Positions 35,162 through 47,405 of a stretch of DNA of 50,518 nt are shown here, in pieces (within the stretch, counting starts at the first letter, position 1; every line of letters starts with the position of its first letter). The notes below the pieces were generated by a model. It ran no database searches. It saw only the letters and a program-made list of their open reading frames with translations, and had not been told where the DNA came from. The stretch comes from Thelocarpon superellum. Lineage: Eukaryota. The position numbers and the translations under genes are program-made. The stretch is from the NCBI GenBank assembly GCA_026025795.1, contig JAPEUG010000092.1, positions 1-50,518 of the forward strand, written 5' to 3'.

Positions 35162-36911
35162 ATGGCCATGCGCCGCCTGACGGGGCTCGTCGCCCTCCCC
35201 CTCTCACTCCTCCTCGTCGCAACGCCCACGCAATCCCTGGACGAGGTCGGGATCCAGACGCAACCATGGCCGCTCAACCTGGCCGCGCACGAGAAATACT
35301 GGCCGCACGACGGAGCCCACGCCGAGGCGCATCGCAAGCGCCAAGTCGCCGTCGACCCGGCGTCGCCCATCGCAGTCAAGAAAATGGGCACGGACGAGGG
35401 TGAGAAGTTCTTCCTCGACTACTGGCAATTCGGGACCGCGGGCGCCACGGCCGGCAACGAGTCGGCTCCCGCGCCGCAGCCAGACGCGCAAGACATGGAA
35501 GAACCTGTCCCGGCTGCGCCCGCCACCGGACCGCTTCTCCGACCGCGCCTTGACGAGCGAACCGTCGCGCGGGGCGGGAACGCCTCGGCCACCACCCCCT
35601 ACAATCCGCCGCTTCGAATCCACACGGAGCTCACGTCGGTAAATCCACATTTCAAGCGTGACCTTTCATCATGGTCGGCGCTGTTTGCTGGTCGTGCTCG
35701 ACGGTCCGGCTCCGGCGGCCTCGCCAAGCGCGGCTTCCAGTGTCCCACGGGCTCGAGCGACTGCTCGGGCATCGGACGTCCCAATACCTGCTGCGACCAG
35801 GGCGAGACGTGCAACATCATCCCCGACACCGGCCTCGGCGACGTCGGATGCTGTCCCCCCGGCCAGACCTGCTCGGGCAATCTCGACAATTGCGATCTCG
35901 GCTTCACCAAGTGCTCGGATGACCTCGGCGGCGGCTGCTGTATCCCCATGTATGTGTGTCTGTCGATCGGATGTAAGTTCCCCCCCCTACGCACACAGGG
36001 AGGGTGACGATGGATACTGAGACCTCATCATAGGTGGACCCGGTCCCGGCCTGGCCTCGCTGCTCGTCACCACGCTGACCGCCACGACGACGAAATTATC
36101 TAATCCGCCGAGTGCCGCCCCCTCGACGACGATCAGCTCCTCCTCGCCCCCGCCCATCACGACGACGACGACCAGCACCGCGACATGTACCACGGGCTTC
36201 CAGACCTGTCCTTCCTCTCTTGGGGGCGGCTGCTGTCGTACCGATCGCGTCTGCGGCGCGACCGACTGTCCGCTGCCGCCGTCGTCGCCGCCGTCTTTAT
36301 CCTCCAACGCGCCGGCGCCGCCTATCCGCGCCACTAGCGCCCCCGACACGACGACGACGACGACGACCTCTTCCTCATCCTCTAGCACCATCACAGCCAC
36401 GGGTTGCCCGACAGGGTTCTACCAATGCAGCGCGGTGTTCAACGGCGGATGCTGCCGCACAGGGCGCGACTGCGACATGACCTCCTGCCCCGCCACGGCC
36501 TCAATTAGCATCGTCACAAGCAACGGTATAACGATCGTCGTGCCCGTTGGTGGTGGCAGCACCTCCTCCGCTCCGCCCTCCACCTCCTCCCTGTCCTCAG
36601 CAGAAACCCTGGTCACCGCGCCCCCGTCTCCGTCATCCTCCTCCGCCGGCGTCTGCGCAACCGGCTGGTCCTCGTGTCCCGCCAGTCTGGCCGGCGGATG
36701 CTGTCCCTCGGGATTCTCGTGCGCCATCTCGAATTGTCAGGCCGTCCAGTCGAGCACGGGTGCCTCATTCACGGCCTCTGCTACCGCGGTCGTGGGAAAG
36801 GAGGTTCCTGGTGCCGCTGCCTCGGTACGTCGTCCTGGTGCTTCGGGGGCGTGGACGGCGTGGTTGGTGGTGCTGGTGGGGGTGGTCGTTGGTGCATTAC
36901 TCGTCCTGTGA
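35162..36911 (+). CDS. Secreted Cys-rich, Ser/Thr-rich, probably GPI-anchored cell-surface protein
   Basis: Exons 35162-35972 and 36034-36911. Signal peptide (LTGLVALPLSLLLVA), AVKKMGTDEGEKFFLDYWQF, dibasic KR sites, repeated C-x5/6-C-x4/6-GGCC modules separated by S/T/P linkers, and a hydrophobic C-terminus (WLVVLVGVVVGALLVL). Confidence 0.88.
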
Positions 36912-37511
36912 TCGTGAGCGCCAGCGTGTTGTGAGATATCTTTCTTGCGTGGCTTAGCATGCGTAGATGGCTGGAGCGGTTTGTGGGATGGCGTTTTGGA
37001 GCAACCCAGGAAGGCGAGGAAAGGAAGGGAGGAAGGGCTCGGGGCAAGGACGGCGGGGCGGACACGGCATAGAACTTGGATAGGACCTGACTGATGTATC
37101 CACTCACGGAGTACCCCCGCACAATGAATCACCTGCCCATCTACCTACCTACCTAGCTACCTACTACTACTTGACCAAGTCAGTCAGTCACTCACCTCAC
37201 CTTTATATACCACTCTTCCACGGGTTTCTTTCGGAGGGGATGCTGGCGCAGTGGAAACAATTACTACTACCACCACTCCAACTCCCAGTAGCTCGAACAC
37301 AGTTGGGGACTGGATTCGAGCACGATGGCCAATACGCGCATCTTTCCCCCACAGGCGGAGGGAGGTTTCGGGGCAACCAAAGTCCACCGTCACCAATCGT
37401 CGAGAGCAAGTGTCACTGCACCACAGCACCGAGAACCACAGCCACGACATCCACGACACGACACCACACCACTGAGAACAGCTACAGCCACGACAACTAC
37501 CACACCACCGC

Positions 37512-37796
37512 CGAGAACGACCGATGACCACAAAGCCAACGGAGGGCAAATAGCGGAGGTTCGAGGGAGGGGGAGGGACAATAGCGGGCAAAGCATCACC
37601 ATGTAACGAGAACGACCGATGACCACAAAGCCAACGGAGGGCAAATAGCGGAGGTTCGAGGGAGGGGGAGGGACAATAGCGGGCAAAGCATCACCATGTA
37701 ACGAGAACGACCGATGACCACAAAGCCAACGGAGGGCAAATAGCGGAGGTTCGAGGGAGGGGGAGTGACAATAGCGGGCAAAGCATCACCATGTAA
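37512..37796. repeat. 95-bp tandem repeat, 3 copies
   Basis: Unit cgagaacgaccgatgacc...aagcatcaccatgtaa starts at 37512, 37607 and 37702. The copies are identical except g>t at 37766. Confidence 0.95.
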
Positions 37797-38077
37797 ACCT
37801 TCACGGTTTCAATAGACTACACCTTCGGGAGAAAGGGTGTCGTCGAAGCTTTTGGGAACTCTTCTGTTCTCCCTCGCTTCTCTGGTCGAGGAGGTTGCTC
37901 AGCACTGCTACAGTGAACCGATTCTCTCATTAACCTACCCAAGATGTGGTAGGTCCGTACTTGTCAAGATGAAACCGGGACTGAACTGAATTGAACCGAG
38001 TCGAATCGAATCGAATCGAAGCGGAATCAGACTTATCCTGGCCGGCTCTGATACTCCTATTCACCCGCTCTGCTGCG

Positions 38078-38117
38078 CTCGTACTCGTACTCGTACTCGT
38101 CCTCGTCCTCGTACTCG
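38078..38117. repeat. (CTCGTA/CTCGTC)n microsatellite
   Basis: ctcgtactcgtactcgtactcgtcctcgtcctcgtactcg read directly. Confidence 0.85.
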
Positions 38118-38268
38118 ATTCCCTCGCCCTCCCTCTCCACCACCTCCTCATCAGCCGCCTCCACCATCTGCCAAAGAAACAGCCGAGACCTGGCCGAGAC
38201 CCAAAAACAAGGAACAGCCGACAACCACCAAGGAAGAGCCAGCACCAACAATCAGTGACTCAATGGAA

Positions 38269-40237
38269 TCAAACAGTCTGCGGTGCACCTTCCTTCTCCT
38301 TCGGCACGGCCGCGCCTCCATCCGCAGGAGTGTCACCATTCTCATCCGGGCCGGACTCGTCATCGAACTTGAATTCCGTCGGCGCGAACTTGCTCCTCTG
38401 CCGGAGCTTGGCCCCGTACAGGTAGAAGATGACGGGGATAGGAACCAGCACCGCCGCCACGCATCCGAGTAACGTCGATGCCCAATTCACGTGCAATGCG
38501 TTGAACATGTACATCGAGAACATGGGAAAGCCCGCCCCCGCGAGCGACCGGAGAAAGGTGTTGGCTGCGATGGCGGACGCGGCGCTGGGAGGTGACGCGG
38601 TGAGCCTGCGCTGCTTGAATGGGAGGTGGGACAGGGAAGCAGAACTCACAACATCAGGTAGGCATCAACCAGGTAATTCAGCGACTGCAAGAAGATGGCG
38701 AGGAGACCAAAGCCGGTGAAGAGGCCGGACAGCGTCGGCGCGATCCAGTGGATGTCGGCGCGGTATCCCGTCCATCCGAACCAGAACAGGCCGATGGAAA
38801 AGGCGACCCCACCCACAATCACCGGCGGCAGACGCCATTCGGGCACGGGGATGTTGTTGTTGGCCTTGAGCTTGCGGTTGTACGACGGCTGTAGCGCGAA
38901 GATGAACAGCGCCGCCAGGAGCTGGCCGCAGATCATGCCGAAGAAGGGAAGGCCGCCGACGCCGGCGTTGAAGCCGTGCGTGCGTTGGAAGACGAGCGGA
39001 TAGGCCGTCAGGAAGAGGTAGAGCAGGCCGTAGATGAAGGACATGTAGATGGAGATCAGCAGCACGATCGGCTCCGTCACCAGCAGTCGCAGCGGACGGC
39101 TGAAATTCTTGCTGATCAGCTCCTTGAAGTCCACCTCGATTTCCTCCTGCTTGGCGTGGATGCCCCAGTTCAGCGTGCGTCGTCGCAGCTCCGCCGCCTT
39201 GGCGACAAGGATCACTGGCGGGTACGTCTCCTCCAGGAAGATGACGTCCAGGATCCACGCCGTCGCGCCCAAGATCCCGGTGAGGTACTCCGTCCACCGC
39301 CATCCGAGGTAGCTCTGCACGATGAAGCCGCCGATGAAGGGCGCCAGGAGCGGCCCCGTGAACACTGTCGCCGAGAAGACGGTGATGGCCAGGCCACGAC
39401 TGCGGTTGTCAAACATGTCCGAGAAGATGGCCGCCACCACCGCCAGCGGACACGCGCCAAAGAAGCCGCCCCAGAAGCGACAGATCAGCACCGTCTGCAG
39501 ATCCTTGCCCGTCGCCACGGCAAACTGAAACAGGGTGAAGCCCAGGCCGGCGATGACGATGGCCGGCCGTCGGCCCTGCAGCTCCGACAGCGGCGCCCAC
39601 AGGATCGGGCCCGTGGCAAAGCCCAGCACGTAGAAGCAGAGCCCGAGCAGGCCCACCTCCGCCGACACGCCAAACTCCAGCCCAACGGCCAGCGTGGCCG
39701 AGGAGAAGATGCTGCTGGCAAAGGCGGCGATGAGCGTGGTGAAGCCCAGCATCAACGCCGTCAACACCCTGTCGCGCGCGTCAGTCCATCGTCACCCCAT
39801 GCGCGCACCCGGCCTGCCTACTTCTTCCGCATCGACCAGTTCTGCGCGTGGTATGGGTCATCCGGCCCGTCGAATTCCACCACGTATTCCTCTTGCGCCG
39901 GGAGCGGCGGCGGAAAGGGCTTCCCTGCGCCAAAGGCCGGCAGCGGCGTCTGCTTCTCGCGCGTCTTGGGGCCTCGTCCGACGGTGCCGCTGTGTTGGGT
40001 GCGTTGCGTGTGGATACGACTGAGCGCCGTCGGATGTCGCTCCAGCGTGTCACCGGCCGTCGCGACTCGACTCATGCCGATTTCGCGGCGCACGGCGGAC
40101 GACACCCCACTGCTGGAGGAGGATGATGAGGCCACCGAACCAATGCGCTCAATTTCCCCGCTGCCCCGGGCCGGCGGGAATTGGGTGGGACTGGCCTCGC
40201 GCTCGGCCGCCTGCATGTGTCGGTCGACATCATCCAT
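38269..40237 (-). CDS. MFS drug:H+ antiporter-1 (DHA1) family transporter, Tpo1-like
   Basis: Exons 40237-39822, 39768-38650 and 38584-38269. Motifs VVEFDGPDDPYHAQNWS, GPILWAPLSELQGRRP, GPLLAPFIGG, LGWRWT, ETYPPVILVAKA..NWGIHA, RPLRLLVTEPI, PEWRLPP and NYLVDAYLMFAASAIAANTFLRS. Confidence 0.93.
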
Positions 40238-42189
40238 GGCGACGGGTGGTGTTGATGCGCGGCGATGCTTTGCGCGCGCGGTGGTCGTCAGCTCACGAAA
40301 GAAGATACCGTCGCGATAGACGACCGAGAAAAGGCACGAGACGGTCAGCACTCGCGGATTGCGACTCGAGATGAGTTGGGGGTGCTTGGTGATTGGTGAC
40401 GACGGACGAAGGGACCGAGGACCACTGGGAATCGAGGGTGCAACAAGAGCTTGGCTTACCCACGCCCACGCCCAACGATATCACCGATAATTGTAACAAT
40501 AGACCAGGGCGGGGCGCACGCGTTGACGTAGGAGCCGACACACTCGCCCGTTCCGCACTACCGTGGCCTAGCTCGAGAGCGCGCCTGTGTTTTGCCCTTT
40601 CAAGCTCGTTCAATTGCCGTTGCCCGTGCGTCTGGGCAGGATTGACCACGTCGCGTGCACAAGCACAGTCCAGACCGGGAAGGAGCCGGGGACGAGGTGA
40701 GCGTGTTATGTGTCAATTGTAGGAGAGGCGGCTGGGCGTGGCATTGTGTGAGATGGGCAATTGCGGCCTTTTGAACCACGGCCTCCCGTTCAACGTTGAC
40801 CGTGGCCTGTACCGAGTATCATAGCATGTCGCAGGTCCTTTGCCGCCAAAGAAGCCGTTTCGTCCGTCGCTCGCCTGTAGCTCACCCTATTCGCGTGAGC
40901 TGGTGGCTGATCGCCGGCTTGAGCGGCAGCCAGGTGCCGTCCCTCGCCGACCGCCCCACCGACCGCCTTCCAGAACGCTCGCAGGCCACGGCCGACCGGC
41001 GCGGAGTGGCCGTCTGACCCCTGTCGCCGCACCGCGCACCGCGCACTGCGCACCGCGGCATCCAACCCCGATCGACCGAACATGGGACTGCACACCGACA
41101 AACGCGCCATGTCGCCCAGGCTGGAGTGCAGATCCACGTCGCCCTTTCAAGAAGAGCATAGCCTGAGTTTGACAATAGCCGGAGTTTAAGCTGCGAGACG
41201 ACTACTCCGACCATGACGCTTGGTGCTTGACGCCCGACGCCGACGTGACGCCGTCCAACCAGCTTACATCGGCATGTCGGCGCCGTGTTCTTCGACCAAT
41301 CGCTAGTCGTGGCATTCTTGCCCCGCCCTAAGCAGTGCATTGCGGCCGACTAACCAAGCCAACGGAGCTGCAAGTGAGAGCTTCTCCATCGCCTACTCGT
41401 GGTCTTGGACATTCCGGAGGGGTCACGTTGTCGAGGTGCAGCCGAGGCGTCTTGACCCTGTCGGTCGCTTTCGAAACATGCCATGCACGTCCAAAGATCG
41501 TCGCGCCGCGTCTCGACCGTACAAGTTCCGTACTGTGCCAGCTCACAACAATGTCGCTCCTTCCAGGAAGCCGTAGGTATATTCGTCCAATGACTGTCCG
41601 AGGATCGCCCCTCGAATGAGATGCTTTCCCTCATGGCACTAGGCGACGAGCGTGTAAAAGCCGCAGGCTTGTCCAGCCAATGTTCCCATGTGTCGCGTAC
41701 CGTAGTCACGGACGTTGCTGGCCACCTGGCAAATTGCGCCAGTCGAGTCGGACGATTCGCAGTCTTACCCACCCTCGGCTAACCAAAACATTGCTTGATA
41801 CGTATGTCGGAACCCTTTCTCGCTCGACTTTTCACCTGGACGCCATCCTTCAGGACGCGACTGGAGCTGCCGAGTCGTTTGTTGATGTGATGGGCCCTTT
41901 GAGCCACTTGAATGATGTCGACTTTGCACTGATCCTTCCGACCAGCCTCCATTCTGGCACGTCATGTTCAAAGATGGATCCTGCTGGTGCGTGAAGTCTG
42001 CTGTGATCGAGAAGTCATATTCGTCATGTTAAATGTAGAGCTTGTGAAATATGAGGAAGAGTACAGACAGCTAGCCCACGCCCCCAGATTCCCTCTCTCA
42101 ACTCCGGTAAAGGTAAGAGCCTCCAGCCCTGGCCGGCCTTGCGGGGCAGGGCTGTGGTCGCTAGTAGGGTTGGTGATTGCGATGCTAGC

Positions 42190-43200
42190 TCATTGGGAGA
42201 CTCCAGCTTCACCTCCAGCTTCGGCACCACCAGCGGCGGAGCCACTAGCAGACCCGCCTGCAGAGCCAGCGATGGAATCACCGCCACCAATCTCTCCGCC
42301 GATTGAACCGCCAATGGAGCCGCTGCCACCGACAGATCCACCCGCAGATCCAGCGGCAGAGGGCCCGGCGGAAGCAGCAATCGAGCCGCCAGCGGAGCCG
42401 CCAGCGGAGGCCCCAGTGGAGGCAGCCACAGATCCGCTTCCACCGACGGCGCCACCGGCGGAACCACCTGCGGATCCGGCGATAGATCCACCACCGCCAA
42501 TTTCTCCGCCCCCGCCAATCTCTCCGCCACCGCCAATGGCACCTTCGCCTTGAATAGGCCCGCCACCACCAATGGCTCCGCCACCGCCGATGGGTCCGCC
42601 GCCGCCGATGGCGCCACCGATGGCTTCGCCGATAGCTCCGCCGATAGCTCCGCCGATGGCTCCTCCACCATGGATAGGTCCGCCACCGCGAATGGCTCCT
42701 CCACCATGGATGGCTCCGCCACCGCCGATGGCTCCTCCACCATGGATGGCTCCGCCACCGCCGATGGCTCCTCCACCGTGGATGGGTCCACCGCCACCAA
42801 TCTCACCACCACCGCCAATCTCTCCGCTGCCTCCAAAGGAGCCGCCACCACCAATTTCTCCGCCGCCGCCGACAGAGCCGACGCCAGAACCACCGACATC
42901 TGCAACGCCGCTTGTTCCACCAGTGCTGTTAAGGGTGCTCTCTGTACAGCTCACTCCTTCACCGCCGGCAGTTTCATTGGCAATGCCAGAAATCGTATAG
43001 CCATCCCTGCGCGCACCGTCGTTAGCCAATGCCCCTCTGCAAACATTCTATTTCTTCAAGATGCTCAGAGCCTCGGTTTGAGCGGGATGGAGAACTTACG
43101 GACGAGCTTCTCGGGTCGAGAGGTCGGCGACCGGGGCTGCGGTGACGAGGGCGACGAAGGCGCTCCCGACAAGGAGCGCGTGTCGAAGAGAGAAGGTCAT
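42190..43200 (-). CDS. Secreted glycine-rich repeat protein, about 305 aa, function unknown
   Basis: Exon 1 43200-43100 encodes signal peptide MTFSLRHALLVGSAFVALVTA then APVADLSTREARP. Intron 43099-43007 (GTAAGT..GCTAAC..CAG) joins in frame to exon 2 43006-42190, which carries [x-I-G/H-G-G-G] hexapeptide and AIGG/GSAG tetrapeptide repeats. Confidence 0.82.
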
Positions 43201-45117
43201 GATGCTGATGAGCTATACGATCCAAGTCGATGGAGGCTCGAGGCTGAAGCTCGAGGCTGAAGCCGTCCCGTCCGGAAAGGGTCGCACCAGATGCAACCGA
43301 TGATCAAATCAGAAAGAATGGATCGCAAATTCGCTGGTGTGATGCACGCTTGCAGCGGCTTCGCTCTTGTCGCTAAGGAATGTGTATGATGCGGTCAAAG
43401 ACAGTGATGCAGATGGAGCGAATGTAGGGGAGGCCTGTACGATTTATATAATTACCGTCATGGACCGAAGAAGATGGCGATGGCGTGCGAAGAATCCAAC
43501 CTATCCAAGGGCGCTCCATGATGGCAACGCTTACATCGATCTTCAGTCGATGAAACACGTTCGAATGGCCATCCTTTCCCGGGGAGTCAATTCGAATGCG
43601 TGGAATCTTGGTCGGACACTACTTCCGACGGCATCTTTATGACCCCTCTCAGCTCCGATCATCCGCTCATAGATGAAGTCCACCCCGATCGCCATCAAGG
43701 GCGCCGAGAGTGACTAGTGCTCCGCACGGGAGACTCGGAAATAGCGGGGGCGAAATCCAAACTTGCATCGCCTAGCCATATTTGTTCCCGACCTGGAGTT
43801 TCAGATCCTTCGACCGGATTCTTTCCTGCTTCTTGATCGCCCATCTCACCATTGCAAGAGGTGAAGATCTTGCGCGTCAGTCGAAGGATGTGCGAGATCA
43901 TCATCGTTCAGGCAGGCAAACAGCTTGCGAAGCTTGATAGTGACTGGAGGGGAAGGGAGAAGGAGGAGCGAAACAAACGAACTTTCTTCTCTACCGGATG
44001 AGGCCTCGCTTGCATCATGTGTTGGTCACTAGCTGCATTGCCATGAGCATGTTACTCGTACCGTCGTTTCAACGCTCACAGGCCACACAACAGAGCGGCG
44101 AAACGGCCCTCGCTACTTAGCTCTGTAAGTACCGCGCAAACGCCGCAGGTAGCGAACGCCGGAAGGCGTTGAGAGGTGGCCACGGCCTACCTCAGGACCC
44201 TTCCGCCGTTTCACGCCATCACCCGCCGACCGGGCGATCATTAGACCCAGGCTCCTTCTGGGTCGGAGCTCCCCCCTCCCAACCCCGACGAGAACCTCCG
44301 TATCCAGCACTGCCGTGGATCACCAGAACGAGCGGATCCGCTCGATTCCCGTCGTAGTGGCCGCACCGGCCTTGCCGTCCTCTTTCTGAGGTTTGGCTAC
44401 ATGTACTTCATACTTGCCAAGAGCTCTTGACCAGCTAAGTTTCGGGTGAACGAGCACCGAGCAAGCATGTAATGGGGTACAGGTGACCTATGACTCAGTC
44501 GCCAACGACAGATAAGTTTATCGTAGCTACCTAGCTGCGAGTATACCCATTATTGCTAGCCCGAAATCTGGACATGTTTTCGGCTTTACCATCGTTATTG
44601 ACGATCTGATGGCGAGTCGGCCATACTTATGGCCAGCCCGCGCATCATTGCTCCAAGCTGCTTGGATTTAAACCCCCGCATCGCCGATTCTTCGTACGTT
44701 CACCCAATGAATGGTGACCAAAAAGTCGATTTACCATCGTCATATCATCAGATCTATTGGCTCTGCCACTCCTTCGCCATCTCCCAATGTGCGGCCACGG
44801 CGCATACGGACAAGCCGAAACCACATGGCGCGTGTCGAAAGCCATCTGGCGATGCGACGAAAAATATATGTGATGGTCAAATTGGCAGGATATTACGACT
44901 CAAGATAGATGATTAGGCAAAAAAGGAAAAGGCAGCGCAGCGCAGTTCGAGGAGAAAAGCGAACAATCAATCTGAGGCAAACACGCCTGTGGTGACCGGA
45001 ATCGGCCCCCATCCAAGTGAGACCATCCTGGCTAGAGCGCCACTCGCATGTTTCGTGTCCCATGATCCCGTGATCCATGATGCATGACCCCATATTCCGT
45101 CTCGCCATTCCGTCTGG

Positions 45118-47405
45118 TTATTGAGGGTCGCCCGGGAGGGCTCGCAGTGGCTTCGGACGGCCCGCTCGAGGCCCACGACCCAAGGTGGCCCTGACGCTGG
45201 ATGCCGCGTAACTGTCATCGGCCGACGGGACGTGGACGACGGACGAGGCGTGCACGCGCGTAGTCTTGCCGAGCAGCGATTCCTCGTCGCGAGCCACCGT
45301 CCCGTTGATGGCCAGCACATGGCGTCGGTAGATGTCGTAGCTGCCCACCAAGGCCGAGCTAAGGAATCCGTTCGCCGAGGATTGAAGGCCGCCGAAGAGG
45401 AACTCCTGCTCCGTCGCCCCGTACGACAGCGAGCCCTTTGGTGATGTGGCCGACTCATAATGCCCGCTGCCGTTCTGCGTGGTGTAGAGTGCCGTGCCGG
45501 TAAAGGCGGGCAGCCCGGATTCCGCGCCGTGCAGCGCCTCCACCACGTCGAGACCCGTATCGAGCGCCAGCTGCCCGTACGTGTTGAGCGAGAGGCCACG
45601 GCTGATGGACGAGTCGATGGAAAAGCTACCGCTAGCGTCGTCCGTCGCGAAAGTGGTATTGACGGAGATGGGGAAACGGTAGGTGCGCGCGTACCCCGTG
45701 CTCGCGCTGTCCGAGCCCGTCGTTAACTGGTCGATGGTCTGGACGTTGCCACCCTGGGTCAAGGATCCGTGATTGGTGTAGTCGAGGGTCTGGCTCCACG
45801 TGGCATTGTGCTCTCCAGCTGTCGTCACCACGGTCCCGTGCACGGTCAGGTTGCGGTGCGCCACGACCCGGTAGCGCAATGTGCCGTTGCCCCCCCACGT
45901 GTCGGGCGTTAGGGTTGAGGACAGAGAGAGCACGGGCTCGGCCGCGATGGGATCCTCGGGCGCTGTGCCCGTCGTGACCGCGCCCGGCTCGTCGAGCCAC
46001 AGGAAGACCTTGCCGGTCACGACCCAATAACTGCCGATGGCTGAGGTGAGCGTGCCATGGCCGTGTCCGTCGTCGGCGAGGCCCACGACACGGATCTCAA
46101 AGCTGTGGCCCGCGGACGCGCCATCGCAGAGGATCGGCAGCCAAGGCGTGATGTCGATCTCATGCTCCCGGAGGTCGAAGGCGTCGAGGCCGACGACCGG
46201 ACGCCACAAGCCCGGCACGACGCCGCCGGTGAAGACGATGGGAAAGGGCCAGGCCACGCCGGCGAGCTGGCCGTCGATGAGCAGCTGCACCTCGCGAAAG
46301 GGCGAGTAGCCGAGCAAGCTCTCGCCGGCGGCGGGAAAGGTGGCGACATCCGAGGACAGGACGTTACCAAACCAGAATTCTTCGTCGATCTGGCCGCACG
46401 CCGACAGCGACGCGACCGCACGGCGCACGTTGCGCGGTACGTGGATGATATTGGTCGCGTTGTCGCCAGGCAGCGAGAACGCGCTGACCCGGTCGGCCGA
46501 TGCCCCGTGAGCGGAAATCGGCAGGATGACATCGGCCGCTGGGGCGGCATCACTCTGGAGGGTAAAGAAGGTGGCCGTGAGCGTGACGTTGAACGGTCCG
46601 GTGTACGTGTCGTCGATCAGATTTCCCAGATCGAAGATGACCTTCTGCGGCGACTTGAACAAGCTCAAGTATGCCGACATGTCCTTTAGGTACACCCACC
46701 GGATGCCGTTGAACGTCGGCTCCGCGGTCGAGGTCCGAAAGATCTCGGTGTCGCCGAGGTAGAGGAGGGCCAGCCGATCGAATTGCTTGCCCGCCGACAG
46801 CACGGTGAGATTGAAGGTGACATGGTCGAAATCGAGCTCACGGGGCGGCGTGTACGGGCCTATGGGTCCTGTCAGTTGGTGGGTCGGGGTCACGCTCTGC
46901 ACGGCATCGACTCACCAACAAAGGGATGCTCATAGCTATTGCCGAAGGAGTACTCGACTAACACCTGAGAGCATGATCCAGCGCCGGCAGTCCCAGCCAG
47001 GGCGGTTGCGTCCTGGCTGCTGACGCCATCGCCCGAGACGAGCTCGAGACGGGGACCCGCCGCGGTCAGGACGGGCTCATGCACTTGGAAGACGTCGAGC
47101 AGCGGGGGCGGCGAGACTTGCGCGCGTTTATGGGGTTGGGCGAGAGACCCTACGCCCGGTGAGACACATCTCACAAAGACAATGGGCAGGGTATAGAAGG
47201 AAGCGAGGAAGAGGACGAGAAGGACAAGGATCGGTCGAGTGGATGCGGGAAATCGAGACCAGGCGCCTAGACACGCACGGTCGGCGCTTGCGGGCTCCCC
47301 TCCCTGGTAGCGGCGAGGGGCTCCTGTCGGTGGGCCGGGTGCAGCCTCACTCGACGACTGCTGGTCCTTCCCTGGCCGGGGAGACGGTGATTCGTGGAGG
47401 AACAT
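45118..47405 (-). CDS. Peptide-N4-(N-acetyl-beta-glucosaminyl)asparagine amidase A (acidic PNGase A family)
   Basis: Exons 47405-46916 and 46859-45118. Motifs YSFGNSYEHPFVGPYTPP, GKQFDRLALLYLGDTEIFRTSTAEP, DEEFWF, PFREVQLLIDGQLAGVAWPFPIVFTGG..PGLWRP and EIDITPWL. There is an N-terminal hydrophobic segment (ILVLLVLFLASFYTLPIVFV). Confidence 0.93.

Noticed and set aside
37512..37796. CRISPR-like array
   Set aside because: The units are contiguous and near-identical with no unique spacers, the context is eukaryotic, and no cas genes are present.
38976..40319. 447-aa plus-strand ORF, and similar long ORFs antisense to BUD6, PBP1 and PNGase A
   Set aside because: These are antisense shadows caused by strong GC3 codon bias in the real genes.
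40238..40500. HOL1-type polyamine-sensing uORF ahead of the DHA1 transporter
   Set aside because: No ATG was found on the minus strand in the roughly 260 nt upstream of the start. Only a possible 5'UTR intron (donor GTAAGC at 40459, weak acceptor) was seen.
41680..42100. Possible degraded gene fragment downstream of the Gly-rich gene
   Set aside because: The patches look protein-like, but I could not assign a family or build a consistent frame.
43007..43099. Stwintron or 3-nt micro-exon inside the Gly-rich gene intron (internal TAG at 43050-43048, then AAT|GTTTGC)
   Set aside because: The second intron would be only 38 nt with a poor donor, and removing the inner intron does not rebuild a donor. 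A single 93-nt intron already gives the correct frame.
41987..43260. Pro-rich extensin-like ORFs on the plus strand (41987-42553, 42572-43000) and the ATADGSS-repeat ORF 42550-43260
   Set aside because: These are antisense shadows of the Gly-rich gene. Only the minus strand has a signal peptide and a canonical in-frame intron, and the Pro-rich frame is broken by a stop.
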